From assembly GCF_006345805.1 (NCBI RefSeq), contig NC_042997.1:204290001-204354000 (forward strand): DNA of 64,000 bases, read 5' to 3'. The number at the start of each line of letters is the position of its first letter. The stretch's first letter is position 1. The DNA is from Octopus sinensis. Taxonomy: Eukaryota. The notes under the pieces were generated by a model. That model saw only the letters and a list, made by a program, of their open reading frames with translations, ran no database searches and was not told the DNA's origin. Below, piece by piece: positions 12,627 through 24,860 of this stretch. The position numbers were made by a program, and so were the translations under genes.

Positions 12627-13516
12627 GTAAGAACAGAAGTCTATACTTATGTTTTTTATGTTTAACTTCTTTCAGTCATTGGGTTGTGGCCATGCTGGAG
12701 CAGTGTCTTGAAGGGCATTATTGGAACAAATTGGTCCTAGTACTTATCTCTTTAAGTCTGGTGCTCATTCTGTTTGCTTCTTGTGTCAAATCTACTAAGC
12801 TACAGGGACATAAACAAACCAACACCGGTTATGAAGCAGTGAATAGGTGAGGCATAAAGAAACACACACACATGTGTAAACACACACAAATTCCCACATA
12901 TTTTCTGTCTACCATATTCCCTCATAACTACTTTCTCAAGGTGCCATGCAGTGGGACTGAACCTGAAACCATGTGACTGCAAAGCAAGCCTCTTAGCTAC
13001 CCAACCAGGCCTGTACCTTGTTATGATATGTTATACATGTGTTAATATTATTTCACTGATATTTCACATATCACAGTCTGATTAGTTTGGTTAACAGACA
13101 CAGTGTAGCCTTAGTTTTGTTTACATCATATAAAGAGAGGCAGTCCCTCTGCATGGCATCTTGGGCAAGTGTTTTCTACTATAACTTTGAGTCAACCAAA
13201 GCCCTGTGGGTGGATTTGGGAGACAGAAACTGAAAAAAGCCTGTTGCATATATAATAACAAAATAATAAATAAAACATATGCATATATACATACATATGT
13301 GTACATACCTACATCTATATGTATATATATATGCATATATGGGTACAGGACACCAAAAAAAAAACGTAGAACACAACGAGAAACGAAAACATAAATGGAG
13401 TAATTACTATGAAGTATTGTGTAGAATATATTGTATAAAGGGTCGTGTGTAAGGCCAAAACAATGGAAAGTAAATGCAAGGTAAATCACAAGAAAACAAA
13501 TATGTAAATTATTGTA

Positions 13517-13930
13517 GGAGTGGCTGTGTGGTAAGTAGCTTGCTAACCAACCACATGGTTCCGGGTTCAGTCCCACTGCGTGACATCTTGGGCAAGTGTC
13601 TTCTGCTATAGCCCTGGGCCGACCAATGCCTTGTGAGTGGATTTGGTAGACGGAAACTGAAAGAAGCCTGTCGTATATATATATATATATATATATAGTG
13701 TGTGTGTATATGTTTGTGTGTGTGTATATGTTTGTCCCCCTAGCATTGCTTGACAACCGATGCTGGTGTGTTTACGTCCCCGTCACTTAGCGGTTTGGCA
13801 AAAGAGACCGATAGAATAAGTACTGGGCTTACAAAGAATAAGTCCCGGGGTCGATTTGCTCGACTAAAGGCGGTGCTCCAGCATGGCTGCAGTCAAATGA
13901 CTGAAACAAGTAAAAGAGTAAAAAAGAGTA
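13517..13930 (+). mobile_element. tRNA-derived CORE-like SINE family A with an internal (TA)n/(TG)n tract (other copies 16315-16748+, 18835-19285-, 27545-27930+, 28213-28610+, 35614-36010+, 38010-38335-, 39208-39620+, 50277-50580+, 60233-60640+, 60905-61320-; partial or split copies near 2450, 6680-7590, 12660-13010, 15357-15620, 25405-26145)
   Basis: Head ggagtggctgtgtggtaag..ggttcagtccc, CORE-like ccttgggcaagt, central microsatellite, tail (gtaaaaga)n. Resembles the described octopus OR-type SINEs; the exact family is not verified. Confidence 0.85.
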
Positions 13931-14360
13931 AGATAGACTTACTTTGTATTCAATATTGCGTGTGTGTGAGCTCACACACACACATATATCAGCAACATTC
14001 ATTTAGTTTCTTGAAAACAAGGTCATAACCCCAAAATATTGAATACAAGGTAAGTCTACATTAATTCCCGTGTTTGTTTTCTTGTGATTTATCTTGCATT
14101 TACTACACATTGTGTTGGCCTTACACTGATCCTTTATACAGTGTGTGTATATATATATATATATTATATATATATATATATAATACAAAAAGAAAATGGA
14201 GAAACAATTTAGTTGGTTTATCAGCTTTAGGATATTAGAATGTTGACTTATTTATTTAACAAAATGAGAACCATAATAACATACATTGAAATTCAATACA
14301 TGTAAGATAAGAATACAATTATAAAAACCTTAATATAAATTATTGGAATCATTAAAATCA

Positions 14361-14482
14361 GTCTTACAGCTGTTTCAGCCTTTGGAAAAAGTAATTTGTT
14401 ATGCTCATACAAGTCAATTTATTGAGGTTGTAGGCAGTTAAAAATGAGGTACTTATATATTTCCATAGGCCTCGTCAGAGAT
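14361..14482 (-). ncRNA. Putative minimal type-I hammerhead ribozyme with a long helix II insert
   Basis: UCU-CUGACGA-GGCCUAUGGAA..UUCCAAAGGCU-GAAA-CAGCUG-UA-AGA: intact core, 10 of 11 helix II pairs, palindromic helix III. Confidence 0.6.
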
Positions 14483-14944
14483 TATAAAGTACATGAAAGA
14501 TATAAATATATACATGAAACAAGATTCACGTACAAATCAATAAATATAAATATATACAAATAAATACACACTTACATATGCATCATCATCATCGTTTAAT
14601 GTCCGTTCTCCATGCTAGCATGGGTTGGACGGTTCGACCGGGGTCTGGGAAGCCAGAAGGCTGCACCAGGCTCCGGTCTTATCTGGCAACGTTTCTACAG
14701 CTGGATGCCCTTCCTAACGCCAACCACTCCGTGAGTGTAGTGGGTGCTTTTTACGTGCCACCTGCACTGGTGCCAGGCGAGGCTGGCATCGGCCACGGTC
14801 GGATTGGTGCATTTTATGGAAGCCAGTCGAGGCGGCACTGGCTTCGGCTTAGGCTCATATATATATATACATACATAAGCAAATATATACATCTAAACAT
14901 AAATAGACATAATTAAACATGCGCACAAATATATAGACAATTAT

Positions 14945-14946
14945 TC

Positions 14947-14985
<39 letters not shown>

Positions 14986-15101
14986 TACTGGAGCGCAACA
15001 TATACGTCCATGTCTATGAGTACATATATAATATTTAATTATTACTAACATTATTATTATTATTAATAATAACAATAATATATATATACACACACATATA
15101 T

Positions 15102-15144
<43 letters not shown>

Positions 15145-15356
15145 TACACACACACACACACACATACACACACACACATACACACACACACATACATACA
15201 CACACACACACACACATACATACATACACACACATATACATACACACACATACATACACACACACACATACATACACACACATACATACACACACACATA
15301 TACACACACACACATATACACACACACACATATATATATATACACACACACACACA
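14945..15356. repeat. Compound (TA)n/(CA)n/(TACA)n microsatellite (one of many; others at 9787-9825, 10084-10158, 19030-19118, 26146-26193, 49395-49660, 50145-50275, 50428-50525, 55720-56110, 56460-56760)
   Basis: Directly visible simple repeats. Confidence 0.95.
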
Positions 15357-15619
15357 TTTACTTGTTTCAGTCATTTGACTGTGGCCATGCTGGAGCACCG
15401 CCTTTAGTCGAGGAAATCGACCCCAGAACTTATTCTTTGTAAGCCTAGTTTTGCCGAACCGCTAAGTTACGGAGACGTAAACACACCAGCATCGGTTGTC
15501 AAGCGATGTTGGAGGGGGAGGGGACAAGCACAACACACATACATATATATATATATATATATGTATATGCATATATACGATGGGCGTCTTTCAGTTTCCA
15601 TCTACCAAATCCACTCACA

Positions 15620-15654
<35 letters not shown>

Positions 15655-15671
15655 GATAGATATACATACAT

Positions 15672-15706
<35 letters not shown>

Positions 15707-16127
15707 GATAGATATACATACATACACACACATATATACATATACATGCATGTATCAATCTATATTATAACCACTAGTAAAGTAAATATTTTATGTAATT
15801 TTTATGTATATTTTCTTAGTAACTAAAATGAGTACTAAATAGATACAATGTATTTATCTCCCGATATTTCTATGTAAATCATAAATTTACTTACATATTA
15901 AATGTAAAAAATAAATTCTTATAATTAGCTGCACATGTATAATTTAAACGAAAAGAAGTAATTCATGATTATTAATCTACAATAATTAATAAAGCCTACA
16001 AAATTATTTTTTATTATGAGGATTAATTGATTAGTTAACTCAAGAAACAACTATATAATCCAAACTTAGGTTATAGAGATTTTATATATATACACACATC
16101 ACATAGTATAAACATATATATGCTGAA

Positions 16128-16167
<40 letters not shown>

Positions 16168-16492
16168 GTACACATATAACAATATACACATGCACAGATA
16201 TACTAATATTTACGTCCACAAAGTCGCAGATACAAATATATAGCTATGTCTATATTAATAAATATACAAGTACATACACATATACTTATATATCAACATA
16301 TAGATCAATATATAGGCGCAGGAGTGGCTGTGTGGTAAGTAGCCTGCTTACCGACCACACGGTTCCGGGTTCAGTCCCACTGCGTGGCATCTTGGGCAAG
16401 TGTCTTCTGCTATAGCCCCGGGCCGACCAATGCCTTGTGAGTGGATTTGGTAGACGGAAACTGAAAGAAGCCTGTCGTATATATGTGTATGC

Positions 16493-16554
<62 letters not shown>

Positions 16555-16990
16555 TTGTTTGTCCCCCTGGCATTGCTTGACAACCGATGCTGGTGTGTTT
16601 ATGTCCCCGTAACTTAGCGGTTCGGCAAAAAAAGACCGATAGAATAAGTACTGGGCTTACAAAGAATAAGTCCCGGGGTCGAGTTGCTCGACTAAAGGCG
16701 GTGCCCCAGCATGGCTGCAGTCAACTGACTGAAACAAGTAAAAGAATATACCAACACAGACATATCCATATACCTATATACAGTTAGTAGGTTTCACAAA
16801 TGAACAATTAAACTTATTTGTAGTTAAATAGTTTGATATAGACATTACGATCATAATAAAAAAAAACCAACAACCTACCTATGTCTATAAATACAATGAT
16901 ACAGACAATTATAATACATATATATGTAAACCTGCATATATACAATATTAATTCATATAACAACCTACTTATATATATCTGCACACATAT

Positions 16991-17030
<40 letters not shown>

Positions 17031-17314
17031 AGCACGTAAAAAGCACCATCCGACCGTGCCCGTTTGCCAGCCCCATCTGGCACCTGTGCCGGTGGCACGT
17101 AAAAAGCACCATCCGACCGTGCCCGTTTGCCAGCCCCATCTGGCACGTAAAAAGCACCCACTACACTCACGGAGTGGTTGGCGTTAGGAAGGGCATCCAG
17201 CCGTAGAAACATTGCCAGATCAGACTGGGCCTGGTGCAGCCTTCTAGCTTCCCAGACCCCAGTTGAACTGTCCAACCCATGCTAGCATGGAAAGCGGACG
17301 CTAGATGATGATGA

Positions 17315-17350
<36 letters not shown>

Positions 17351-17819
17351 CTAGCTAGAGTGGCCTTCATACTGTCATGAAGGGATGAACGTCTTTCTGT
17401 GATTCATTCAATAATGCAGTTTCACCTGATGAAATGAATCAATGATGATGATCAACCGGATGCCCACAGACAATAATGTACCAATCCCAAGGATACCACC
17501 TCTGATGTAAAAGTCATGTGATTTGTGGAAACATGCATAGCGATGTATTAAATATTTATAAATTCCTTCCTGGAATTATTATTATTTGTTTCTTTATTAC
17601 CCACAAGGGGCTAAATATAGAGGAGACAAACAAGGACAGACAAATGGATCGACAGTGCGTAACTGGTACTTAATTTATCGAAAAGATGAAAGGCAAAGTC
17701 GACCTTGGTGGAATTTGAACTCAGGACGTAATGACAGACGAAATACGGTTACACATTTCGCCCAGCCTGCTAACAGTTCTGCCAGCTCGCTGCCTTGAGA
17801 ATTATTATTATTATTATTA

Positions 17820-18665
17820 CCTCTGCTGGCAATAAAGGGCCTCTCCCACAGAGTGAAAAGCAGATTGTATAATGCCTGTGCGCGAACAGCTATGCTTCAT
17901 GACAGTGAAACATGGGCTGTGAGAGCCGAGGACATATGTAGGGTTGAAAGAAATGAAGCCAGTATGGTTCACTGGATGTGCAATGTCAGTGCGTATGTTT
18001 GACAGAGTGTAAGCATCTTGAGAGAAAAGTTAGGGATAAGATGCATCAGATGTTGTGTGCAAGAGGGATGACTGCACTGGTATGGTCATGGGATGTGTAT
18101 GAATGAGGGCAGCTGTGTAAAGAAGTGCTGATCTCTAACTATGGAGGGAATCTGTGAAAGAGGTAGACCCAGGAAGACATGGGACAAAGTGTTGAAGCAT
18201 ACTCTTTGAACTTTGAACCTCCTAGAGGCAAAGACTAGTAACCAAGACCTTTGGTGATGGAGGTCAAGTGGTTGAGTTCTAATTAAGTGTTGGGCCTTAC
18301 AGAAGCAAAGTGACTGAGTTCCTTTCAAGCACTGAGTCTCATGGAGGCAAAGTGGCTGAGTTCCTTTTCAGTGTTGGGTCTCAGAGAGGCAATGACCAAG
18401 ACTTTCAGCATTATGTCATGCTTGGAAAGCTGACCCATCAAGCTGAGCAAAATTGCAGTTGTGGCAGATACTAGTGTTACGCAAATGACACCCATGCCAC
18501 TGGCACATAAAAGCACCCATTACACTCTCAGAGTGGTTGATGTTAGGAAGGGCATCCAGCTATAGAAACTCTGCCAGATCAGCCTGACGTCTGGTGCAGC
18601 CTTCCAGCCCTGGTCAAACGGTCCAACCCATGCCAGCATGGACAACGGATGTTTAATGATGATGA
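17820..18665 (+). mobile_element. RTE LINE 3' end (ORF C-terminus + UTR), degenerate
   Basis: Similar to 47640-48710 and ends in gatgatga. Confidence 0.85.
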
Positions 18666-19026
18666 CACACACACACACACGTGTGTGTGTCTGTGTCTTT
18701 TTCACCCTGCCACACACTCACTTGGCAACTGATGTTGGTGTATTTATATCCATGTGACTTAGCAGTTCAGCAAAAGGAGCCAATATAATACGTATCAGGC
18801 TTAAAAAAATAATTACTGGGGTTGAGTCGTTTACTCTTTTACGTGTTTCAGTCATTGGACTGTGGCCATGCTGGAGCATCACCTTTAGTTGAGAAAATCG
18901 ACCCCAGGACTTATTCTTTGTAAGCTTAGTACTTATTCTATTGGTTCTTCTGCTGAACCGCTAAGTTAAGGGGATGTAAACACAACAGCATCGGTTGTCA
19001 AAGCAATGGTGGAGGGACAAACACAG

Positions 19027-19121
<95 letters not shown>

Positions 19122-19540
19122 CGATGGGCTTCTTTCAATTTCCGTCTACCAAATCCACTTACAAGGCTTTGGTCAGCCTGAGGCTATAGTAGAAGAAACT
19201 TGCCCAAGGTGCCACACAGTGGGACTGAACCCGGAACCACGTGGTTGGTAAGCAAGCTACTTGCCACACAGCCACTCCTGTGCCGCTTAGTATATTTACA
19301 TTTGATATCTGCCAAATATGTTTATCATTGCTTTGTTTTATTTTGTGAAACGTTCTAACAACTGTCTTAAAAAATAGAAAAAAGAAATAACCTTAGTGGG
19401 ATTTGATCTCAGAACATAAGGAGGTGGAACAAATACTTTGAGAGGTTTTGTTTGACGTTCTAAATATTCTGCCAGTTCACCATCTTATTATTGTCTTCCA
19501 CTAATAATAATAATAATAATAATATAATAATAATAATAAG

Positions 19541-20150
19541 AGTGTGGAAAATGTGACCGACTTGGTGAAGTGGCTGTGAGAGCCTTGCACAAAAAGAATA
19601 CAAGCACTGCCACGATAAAGTGTGTGTGTATCTTCATTGGTTTTTATACCGTAAATACCAATATGAAGTAACAGAGAACTGGTATGAGCATGTACCAAGT
19701 AAAGTTATGTAGGAGGATGGAAAAGTAACGATACTCTTGGGACTATAATTTTCAGACGAATCTTGTAATCGAACACCGTCGGCTGGTCATATTGAATAAG
19801 AGAGACCAATACGGTCAGATTACTGATGTAGCCATACCAAATGACATGGATGTTGTGAGAGAAGAGGTTGAAAAAATCACCAAATACTCTGAACTGAAAG
19901 TGGAAATGGCAAGACTGTATTGAATGCGAGAGGGTAATGTAAAAGTGATACCAGTGGTGATCAGAGTGTTGGGCTCAATCCCATTGAAACTTCAAAACTT
20001 CTTAAGGCAACTGGAAACCCCATGCAAGAAGCAGCCTTATTGGGCACAGCACACATCTTAAGGAAAGTATTATCAGTCTGAGGTCCTTGTTGTGACTTGA
20101 CAGATGACTAAAGACTCCGGTTCATTATTACCTGCACTGTGTTATGAGGG
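19541..20150 (+). mobile_element. Dong/R4-clade non-LTR retrotransposon 3' fragment (restriction-like endonuclease) in a (TAA)n tract
   Basis: Degenerate translation ...LAQKEYKHCHDKV..LHW..WYEHVP..WDYNFQTN.VIEHRR..ITDVAIP..EKITKYSELKVEM..VIPVVI..LGSIP, typical of the R4/Dong RLE domain. Flanked by (TAA)n on both sides. A second 3' fragment lies at 20340-20770, interrupted by an RTE fragment. Confidence 0.85.
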
Positions 20151-21615
20151 AATAATAATAATAATTCTTTCTACGATAGGCACAAGTCGATTACAGTGTA
20201 TAACTGGTACTTTATTTATCCCCCCCCCCCCGAAAAGATAAAAGGCAAAGTCGACCTCAGCAGAACTTGAACTCAGAATGTAGTAATAGGCAAAATACCA
20301 CTAAGCATTTTGCCCAGCATGCTAACAATTCTGCCAGCTTGGAACTGCACGCATATTGTGTAAAGTACTATCTGTCTGAAATCTTTGTTGTGACTTGAGA
20401 GACAGTACAAATCCCTGGTTGACACAAAGCACCATTCGAGCGTGATCGTTACCAGCGTCGCCTTATTGGTACTTGTGCCGGTGGTACATGAAAAAACATT
20501 CGAGCGAGGTCGTTACCAGTACCGCCTGACTGGTCCTCGTGCTGGTGGCACATAAAAGCACCCACTACACTCTTGGAGTGGTTAGCGTTAGGAAGGGCAT
20601 CCAGCTGTAGAAACTCTGCCAGATCAGATTGGAGCCTGGTGCACCCATCTGGCTCACCAGTCCTCAGTCAAACCGTCCAACCCATGCCAGCATGGAAAGC
20701 GGACTTTAAACGATGATGATGAAGAACAACCTCACGATATTGTATACTGTGTGAGGTCTATAATAATAATTTCTAATTTTGGGATGGGGAAGTTGATTAC
20801 ATTGCCCCCCCCCCATGTTCAACTAGTAATTATGTTATCAATCCTGATGGGATGGAAGTCAAAGTGAACCTCAGTAGCATTTGAACCCAGAACATAAAGA
20901 TGGACAAAATGCCGCTTTGCACGTTACCCGGCATGCTTATGATGCTTCCACTGCTTTAATGACAAAAACAACCAACAATAATAATGATTTCAAATTTTTG
21001 CCATGAGGGCAGCTTGTGGGAGGGGATTAAATCGATTACATCGGCCCCAGTGCATAACTGATACTCGTTTGATTGACCCCGAAAGGATGAAAGGCAAAGT
21101 CGACCTCGGCGGAATTTGAACTAAGAACATAGCAATGGGTGAAATACCACTAAGCATTTCTCCTGGCGTGCTAATGATTCTGCCAGCTCGCCGCCTTCAA
21201 CAGCAACAGCAGCCGTCCAAGAATTTGGACCTGGAGATCTCCATTTCCAGGGACTTTGAGGGCCACCTCCCAGTGGTGTTGGGCGTCAACGAAGAGCCCT
21301 CAACTACAACAAGATGACCAAAGTTTTTTTTCTCCCGCCCCTAAGCCCCAGGCCATCACCCTTACCCGTCTTGTTGCTTAACAACAACCAATAATAATCA
21401 TTTAAGTCCAAGGTCAGCAATTTTGAGGTTGGAATTTGCCAATTACATCAACTCCAGTATTTAACTGGTACTTTATTTTATCAACATGGAAAGTATGAAA
21501 GACAAAGTTGAACTCAGAAGATTAGAGTACTGGAAAAAAACTGATGCTCTTAATAGTGTCAGTTCCTGATCCTTTCCAATAATGAAACTTATCGCTTGTT
21601 TGTCTTTATTTTCAG

Positions 21616-21738
21616 ATTTACAAGAATTTGTACAGTGCCATGACACAAGGAAAACATGTGTTTGAGCGGCCAGAATGGTGGAAAGAATTTTCCAGTCCTA
21701 TTACTGTTGGTTCTTTACCAACAAAGAGCAAACTGTGA
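21616..21738 (+). CDS. ACOX3: ACOX3 terminal coding exon with PTS1 signal (SKL*)
   Basis: tttcag acceptor. Reads IYKNLYSAMTQGKHVFERPEWWKEFSSPITVGSLPTKSKL-TGA, ending in the canonical peroxisomal targeting signal. Confidence 0.96.
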   Translation: MYKNLYSAMTQGKHVFERPEWWKEFSSPITVGSLPTKSKL

Positions 21739-22128
21739 TGATGTTGACGGGGGCCATTGCTTGCTGTTATATTAACACAGAAATATTGTTAAACCCAAGA
21801 AATATATATTTTTTATGACCTGTTCTTCAAATTTTACTTTGTTAAACTAAATATATTGCTTATTGTCATCAACAGATCTTGTTTTAAATTCTTATTATTG
21901 TTTTCAGTCATTAGCCATACTGGAGCACCGTCTTTGAGGTGTTTCAGTTGATTATTGTTGTGAAGTAAACTTATTAACTATATGGCCTTGATAGGTTTTT
22001 ATAAATAATTTATAAATCATTATTGAACCAACTCACCACCAAACAAAAAAATGTAAAATTTTTTAAATGAAGTGCACTTCTATTTTTTTTTTCATAATTT
22101 TTATTCTTTGATAATTTTAATATTAAAT

Positions 22129-22134
22129 AATAAA
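22129..22134 (+). promoter_or_regulatory. Candidate ACOX3 polyadenylation signal (AATAAA)
   Basis: AATAAA about 390 bp after the stop in an AU-rich stretch. Other AATAAA hexamers occur further downstream (e.g. near 23205), so the site used is uncertain. Confidence 0.3.
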
Positions 22135-22482
22135 AGATTTAGTGGGATTTTGATAAATTAATTCAAGTTTCACCTGGAGGTAGACCAGTAAGGAGTAACC
22201 TCTTTGACTCCACCCCACTAATAACCAACCACTTGTCCTCACTGAAACTGTTCTAAACACCCACCCCTTTCACACATTAAGTCTTGTCTACAGTTGATAT
22301 CTGTTAGATATAGCATTACTATAACCCAAAGGTTTCTGGTTCAATTTTTAGTTATTGTTGTTAATTCTTCTCTTGACACCTGGCCCCACCATGTACTATG
22401 TAAATTACTTTCTTTATAAAAGAATCATCACCTGTAATTTCTCATTTCTATCTCATGAAATCAAATGGCCGAGAGGCTAATG

Positions 22483-22664
22483 CAGGGGTCCCCAAACTTT
22501 TTAGATCATCAACCCCTTCATGGAATCCTTGAGCCCTCATCGACACTCCCAAGCATGTACAAGAAGATAAATAGATAATAATTAAGTAGATGTGCATTTA
22601 TCAACCCCTTGAATAGTTCCATCAACCCCCTAGGGGTTTGCAGGGACCACTTTGGAGACCCCTG
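22483..22664. mobile_element. hAT-type MITE in the probable ACOX3 3' UTR/flank
   Basis: TIRs CAGGGGTCCCCAAA / TTTGGAGACCCCTG and an imperfect 8-bp TSD ggctaatg/gcctaatg. Confidence 0.8.
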
Positions 22665-23599
22665 GCCTAATGTATTGTATGACTGACTCCTATGGTTAGT
22701 TCAGTATACCACATTACTTTAGCAGATCCTGGTTCTAAAGAAGGTGTAGTTTAACTGATGTGTAACATTCCTAAAATGGGTCCTGGCACTAGGAAAGGCT
22801 CAGTTTAGATGATATCACATGATAGAAAGCAAAAAAAACAGAACAATTTAGAACAATAAAAGAAAAAAAAATATTTACCTTTGAACTAATCATACTCTCT
22901 CTGCTTAGTGCGGTGGTGGTGGTGATGGAGGTAGGGGTGGTGATGATTATGAGAATATTAATTATTCCTAATTTGTGCAAATGAGTTCCCGAATAAACAC
23001 TGAACGTTATGAGTAAAAGCACTTTGATGTTTAACACTTTGACATTTAAACAAGCCAGATCCAGACCAAATATTCCACACTGGACAGAGCTCAGCTCTCA
23101 AACCTACCTTGCAATGTTGTTCTAAAAAGACAAAAAAAAACAACAATTACATCATTAATTCTCAAAGCTGCGAGATAATGCATGATTAATTAAAAACAAT
23201 TTGAATAAATAAGAATTCCCTTTGACTAATTAACTTGAGTGTTAAAGGTGTTAAATTAAAATTAGGTTGATTAATTCTTATATTGTAACAACAGAGTTTT
23301 TCAAGATCTGTAATTTTCCAAACTCCATTCATGTTTCCAAGTGATTCTGTTTTCTTTGACAGTTCAGTCTTTACAAAATCAAAAATCTTGTATATTTTTC
23401 TAATCTGTTAAATATATTCAGCTTTAAATAAAAAGACAAAATATAACTAAAAATAAAACAAACATACAAAAACATGCCTGTTATCAACATGGTATGTATG
23501 TGTTTGTGGCAATCAGTAATAATTTAATTAAAGAATTTATAATGAAGTTGACATTCGTTGTTGTTGTAATTTGAGTCCCTTGTTATTTTTGTAATTAAT

Positions 23600-24860
23600 G
23601 AAGCACGACCTTCGAACTTTAGGTCTCACCAAGGAAATGACTAGAGACCGAGACCTATGGAAGTATGCTGTGCGTGAGAAGACCAGGCAAGACCAGTGAG
23701 AACAGTCAAATCAAACCAAATCAACATCAGTGGAAATTGCAGCTGTGGTTAAGCGAACCATCCGATCGTTTGTCCGTTGCCAGCCTCGCCTGGCCCTTGT
23801 GATGGTAGCACGTAAAAACACCATCCGTTTGTGTCTGTTGCCAGCCTCGCATCATCCGCTTGTGTCCGTTGCCAGCCTCGCCTGGCCCTTGTGATGGTAG
23901 CACGTAAAAACACCATCCGTTCGTGTCCGTTGCCAGCCTCGCCTGGCCCTTGTGATGGTAGCACGTAAAAACACCATCCATTCGTGTCCGTTGCCAGCCT
24001 CGCCTGGCCCCCGTGCTGTAGGCACGTAAAACCACAATCCGCTTGTGTCCGTTGCCAGCCTTGCCTGGCCCCCGTGCCGTTGGCACGTAAAAGCACCGTC
24101 CGCTTGTGTCCGTTGCCAGCCTCGTCTGGCCCCGTGCTGGTAGCACGTAAAAGCACCATCTGTTTGTGTCCGTTGCCAGCCTCGCCTGGCCCCCTGTGCC
24201 GGTGGCACGTAAAACACCATCTGTTCGTGGCCGTTTGCCAGCTCTGTCTGGCACCTGTGGAGATGGCACGTAAAAAGCACCCACTACACTCACGGAGTGG
24301 TTGGCGTTAGGAAGGGCATCCAGCCGTAGAAACACTGCCAAATCTGACTGGGCCTGATGAAGCCTTCCGGCTTCACAAACCCCAGTTAAACTGTCCAACC
24401 CATGCTAGCATGGAAAACGGACGCTAAATGATGATGATGATGATGATGAAGCTAGTATGCTCCGCTGGTTGTGTAAAGTCAGTGTGCATACACGACAGAG
24501 TGTAAGCACCCTGAGAGAAAAGTTGGACACAGAAGCAAAAGAGACGATTGAGCTGGTATGGTCAAGTGTGTTGTGTATGGATGAGGACAGTTGTGTGAAG
24601 AGGTGACACACCCTACTAGTGGAGGGAACCTGTGGGAGAAGTAGACCCAGGAAGACATGGGATAAGGTGGTGAAGCACGACCTTTGAACATTGGGCCTCA
24701 GAGAAGCAATGATAGGAGACTGAGACCTTTGGAGATATGCTGTGTTTGAGAAGACCTGGTAAACCAACTGAGATTGTAGATGTGGTGATGCCAGTGTCGA
24801 ATAAATGGCTCGTTTAAAAGTATCCTTCAATCGTCGGGGCAATATTCTGTGCAGAAATGT
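23600..24860 (+). mobile_element. Two adjacent RTE LINE 3' fragments, the first with an expanded array of ~60-bp units
   Basis: 23600-23700 matches 48012-48111. About nine units of gtccgttgccagcctcgcctggccc..gcacgtaaaa.cacc follow, then a (GAT)n tail to 24448 and a second ORF-end fragment. Confidence 0.88.

Noticed and set aside
14941-15747. Cys/Val/Tyr/Ile-rich ORFs here and at 9777-10215, 49343-49809, 50054-50584 and 55698-56933
   Set aside because: These are dinucleotide microsatellite translations.
21736-21741. TGA-TGA after SKL as a readthrough or selenocysteine site
   Set aside because: SKL must be C-terminal to act as PTS1, the second TGA is a backup stop, and no SECIS is evident.
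23760-24285. CRISPR-like appearance of regularly spaced ~60-bp units
   Set aside because: Whole units are repeated with no unique spacers, there are no cas genes, and the array lies in a LINE 3' UTR in a eukaryotic genome.
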